Positions 62,565-64,000 of a stretch of DNA of 64,000 nt are shown here, in pieces (within the stretch, counting starts at the first letter, position 1; each line of letters begins with the position of its first letter). The notes beneath the pieces were generated by a model. It made no database searches. It was given only the letters and a program-made list of their open reading frames with translations, and was not told the origin of the DNA. The DNA is from Sminthopsis crassicaudata. Its lineage: Eukaryota. The position numbers were made by a program, and so were the translations under genes. The stretch lies in the NCBI RefSeq assembly GCF_048593235.1, contig NC_133619.1, positions 164,376,454 to 164,440,453 on the forward strand, given 5' to 3'.

Positions 62565-62960
62565 TATCATAGAATCCCAATATTTGAAGGAGATTCAGAG
62601 ATCATTTTCTTCATTATTTCTTTAAATTAACAATATTATCTAGAGTATCCACAGTAAGCTTGAGTAATGGAAGATTTCTGATGAAATTGAATTCACTGCT
62701 TCCCAAAAGAGCACAATTCTTTGTAGGAGCAATTTCTAATTTTGTGGAAGGTTTGTTTTATGTTGCATGAAATCTGTTACTCTATCACATCGAGTCTTTG
62801 GCCCTATTTGCTTCTTCTGAGAATCAAGCATAAATAAATTTGCTCTCAAATCCACATTATCACCCTTCAAATATTTGGAACTGGCTTGGATGGGTTCTTT
62901 TTGTCTGTTCTTTGCCAATCCCCACATTTCCAAATTCTTCAATTTTCCTTCCCATTTGGA
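62565..62960 (-). mobile_element. CR1/L3 remnant
   Basis: 'atcatagaatccc...gaaggagattcagagatcat' resembles the antisense CR1 3' end. Confidence 0.45.
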
Positions 62961-64000
62961 CTATCCTCTCTTAATTGCATTCTAGCTGATTTTTTTTGGT
63001 AGGAAATAAACTCCCTTAATTAAAAGGGATCATCAGGTGTTCTAAAAAGTACTAGAAAATGGCCTGGAGATACTGAGAGATTAATTGATTTGCCCAACAT
63101 CATTATCATGAGAAAATATCCTCAAAAATGCAAAATGTGTCTTCCTAAATTTATAGTCTTCCAGAATTTCTTGCTTGGGTTCTCATAGATTGCATTCTTT
63201 CATTATAATCACTTGGTTACATGTCCAGGCTCATGTTAGCTTTCAATTCAGTCCCTAAGAGGGTCTAATTATTTTATTATTCATCCAGCTTTTGCCCCCA
63301 TATTTACATAGGTTTGTATTTTTCAAATTATTTTTATATCCATTATCTCATTTTATTCCCACAATAACTGAGGGAAAGTAATTAGAAAGATGTCAGGATT
63401 CATTCCTTACAGTTGGAAAAATTGAGGCTTAAGGTATTTAAATAAGTCTTCTAGAAGAATACCAAAAATAAATTGTGGACTCAAAACTAGAACCTAACAC
63501 ATCAACAATGTTTTCTTTATAGCACCACTATTTTCTGTTTTTAGTCACTGATGCAGAGGTGATGAAATATTTTATTTGTGAAATTTAAACAACTATTTCC
63601 CAGTATTTCAGGATCTATGCAAATATCCAGCTATCCTTTCAAAAGTTCAATTACTCATGGAATCAGACTATGTTTGATACAAATTTTTATCAGTTGTTTG
63701 GATTACACATCAAAACAAATTGATGGGTCTGAAAGTCTGACTGATTGAATGATATTTAGATTTATAGTAATTTGATTAATTTCTTATAGAATATAATCTA
63801 TTGCTCCTAATGAATTTTCAGTGTACTCAATGGGAATACTTCCTCCACTGATAGATGCAGATCATCATCCATCTTATGTAACTCTTTGTCCTAGCCCTGC
63901 AGAAATCCAACATCTAGGGATCCTATTCAATTCACTAAGAGAAAACTCCAATTTACTGATAGAAAACCAATTTGCACAAAGATTATTATTAATGGTACTC

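Noticed and set aside
34430-64000. Protein-coding exons in the right half
   Set aside because: The short ORFs are microsatellite-, low-complexity- or retroelement-derived and I found no recognisable domain; small exons of a long-intron gene cannot be excluded without RNA data.

Overview
AT-rich mammalian genomic DNA. The L1, CORE-SINE and LTR repeat styles suggest a marsupial, probably a dasyurid (inference). The left half holds a cluster of seven intronless TRIM genes of the TRIML1 type (B-box, coiled coil, PRY-SPRY): one diverged copy at 6080-7249 and a near-perfect head-to-tail array of six ~3.1-kb units (start codons at 13835, 16939, 20040, 23147, 26253 and 29355). Each unit has a TATA-like box, an ATG-free ~300-nt leader, the ORF and an AATAAA. 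No copy encodes a RING, but a frameshifted RING fossil is readable in every 5' leader, so these are secondarily RING-less TRIMs that start at a Met in the old RING/B-box linker. All six amplified copies also lost two B-box zinc ligands, and their PRY-SPRY loops differ strongly from the diverged copy. The spacer between the diverged copy and the array carries an 18S rRNA pseudogene fragment, an LTR-like piece, an L1 and a betaretrovirus-like gag-pro remnant. The right half (31.7-64 kb) shows no recognisable genes: L1, L2, CR1 and MIR remnants, microsatellites and a 243-N gap. Family assignments come from motif recognition and recalled sequences, not database searches.
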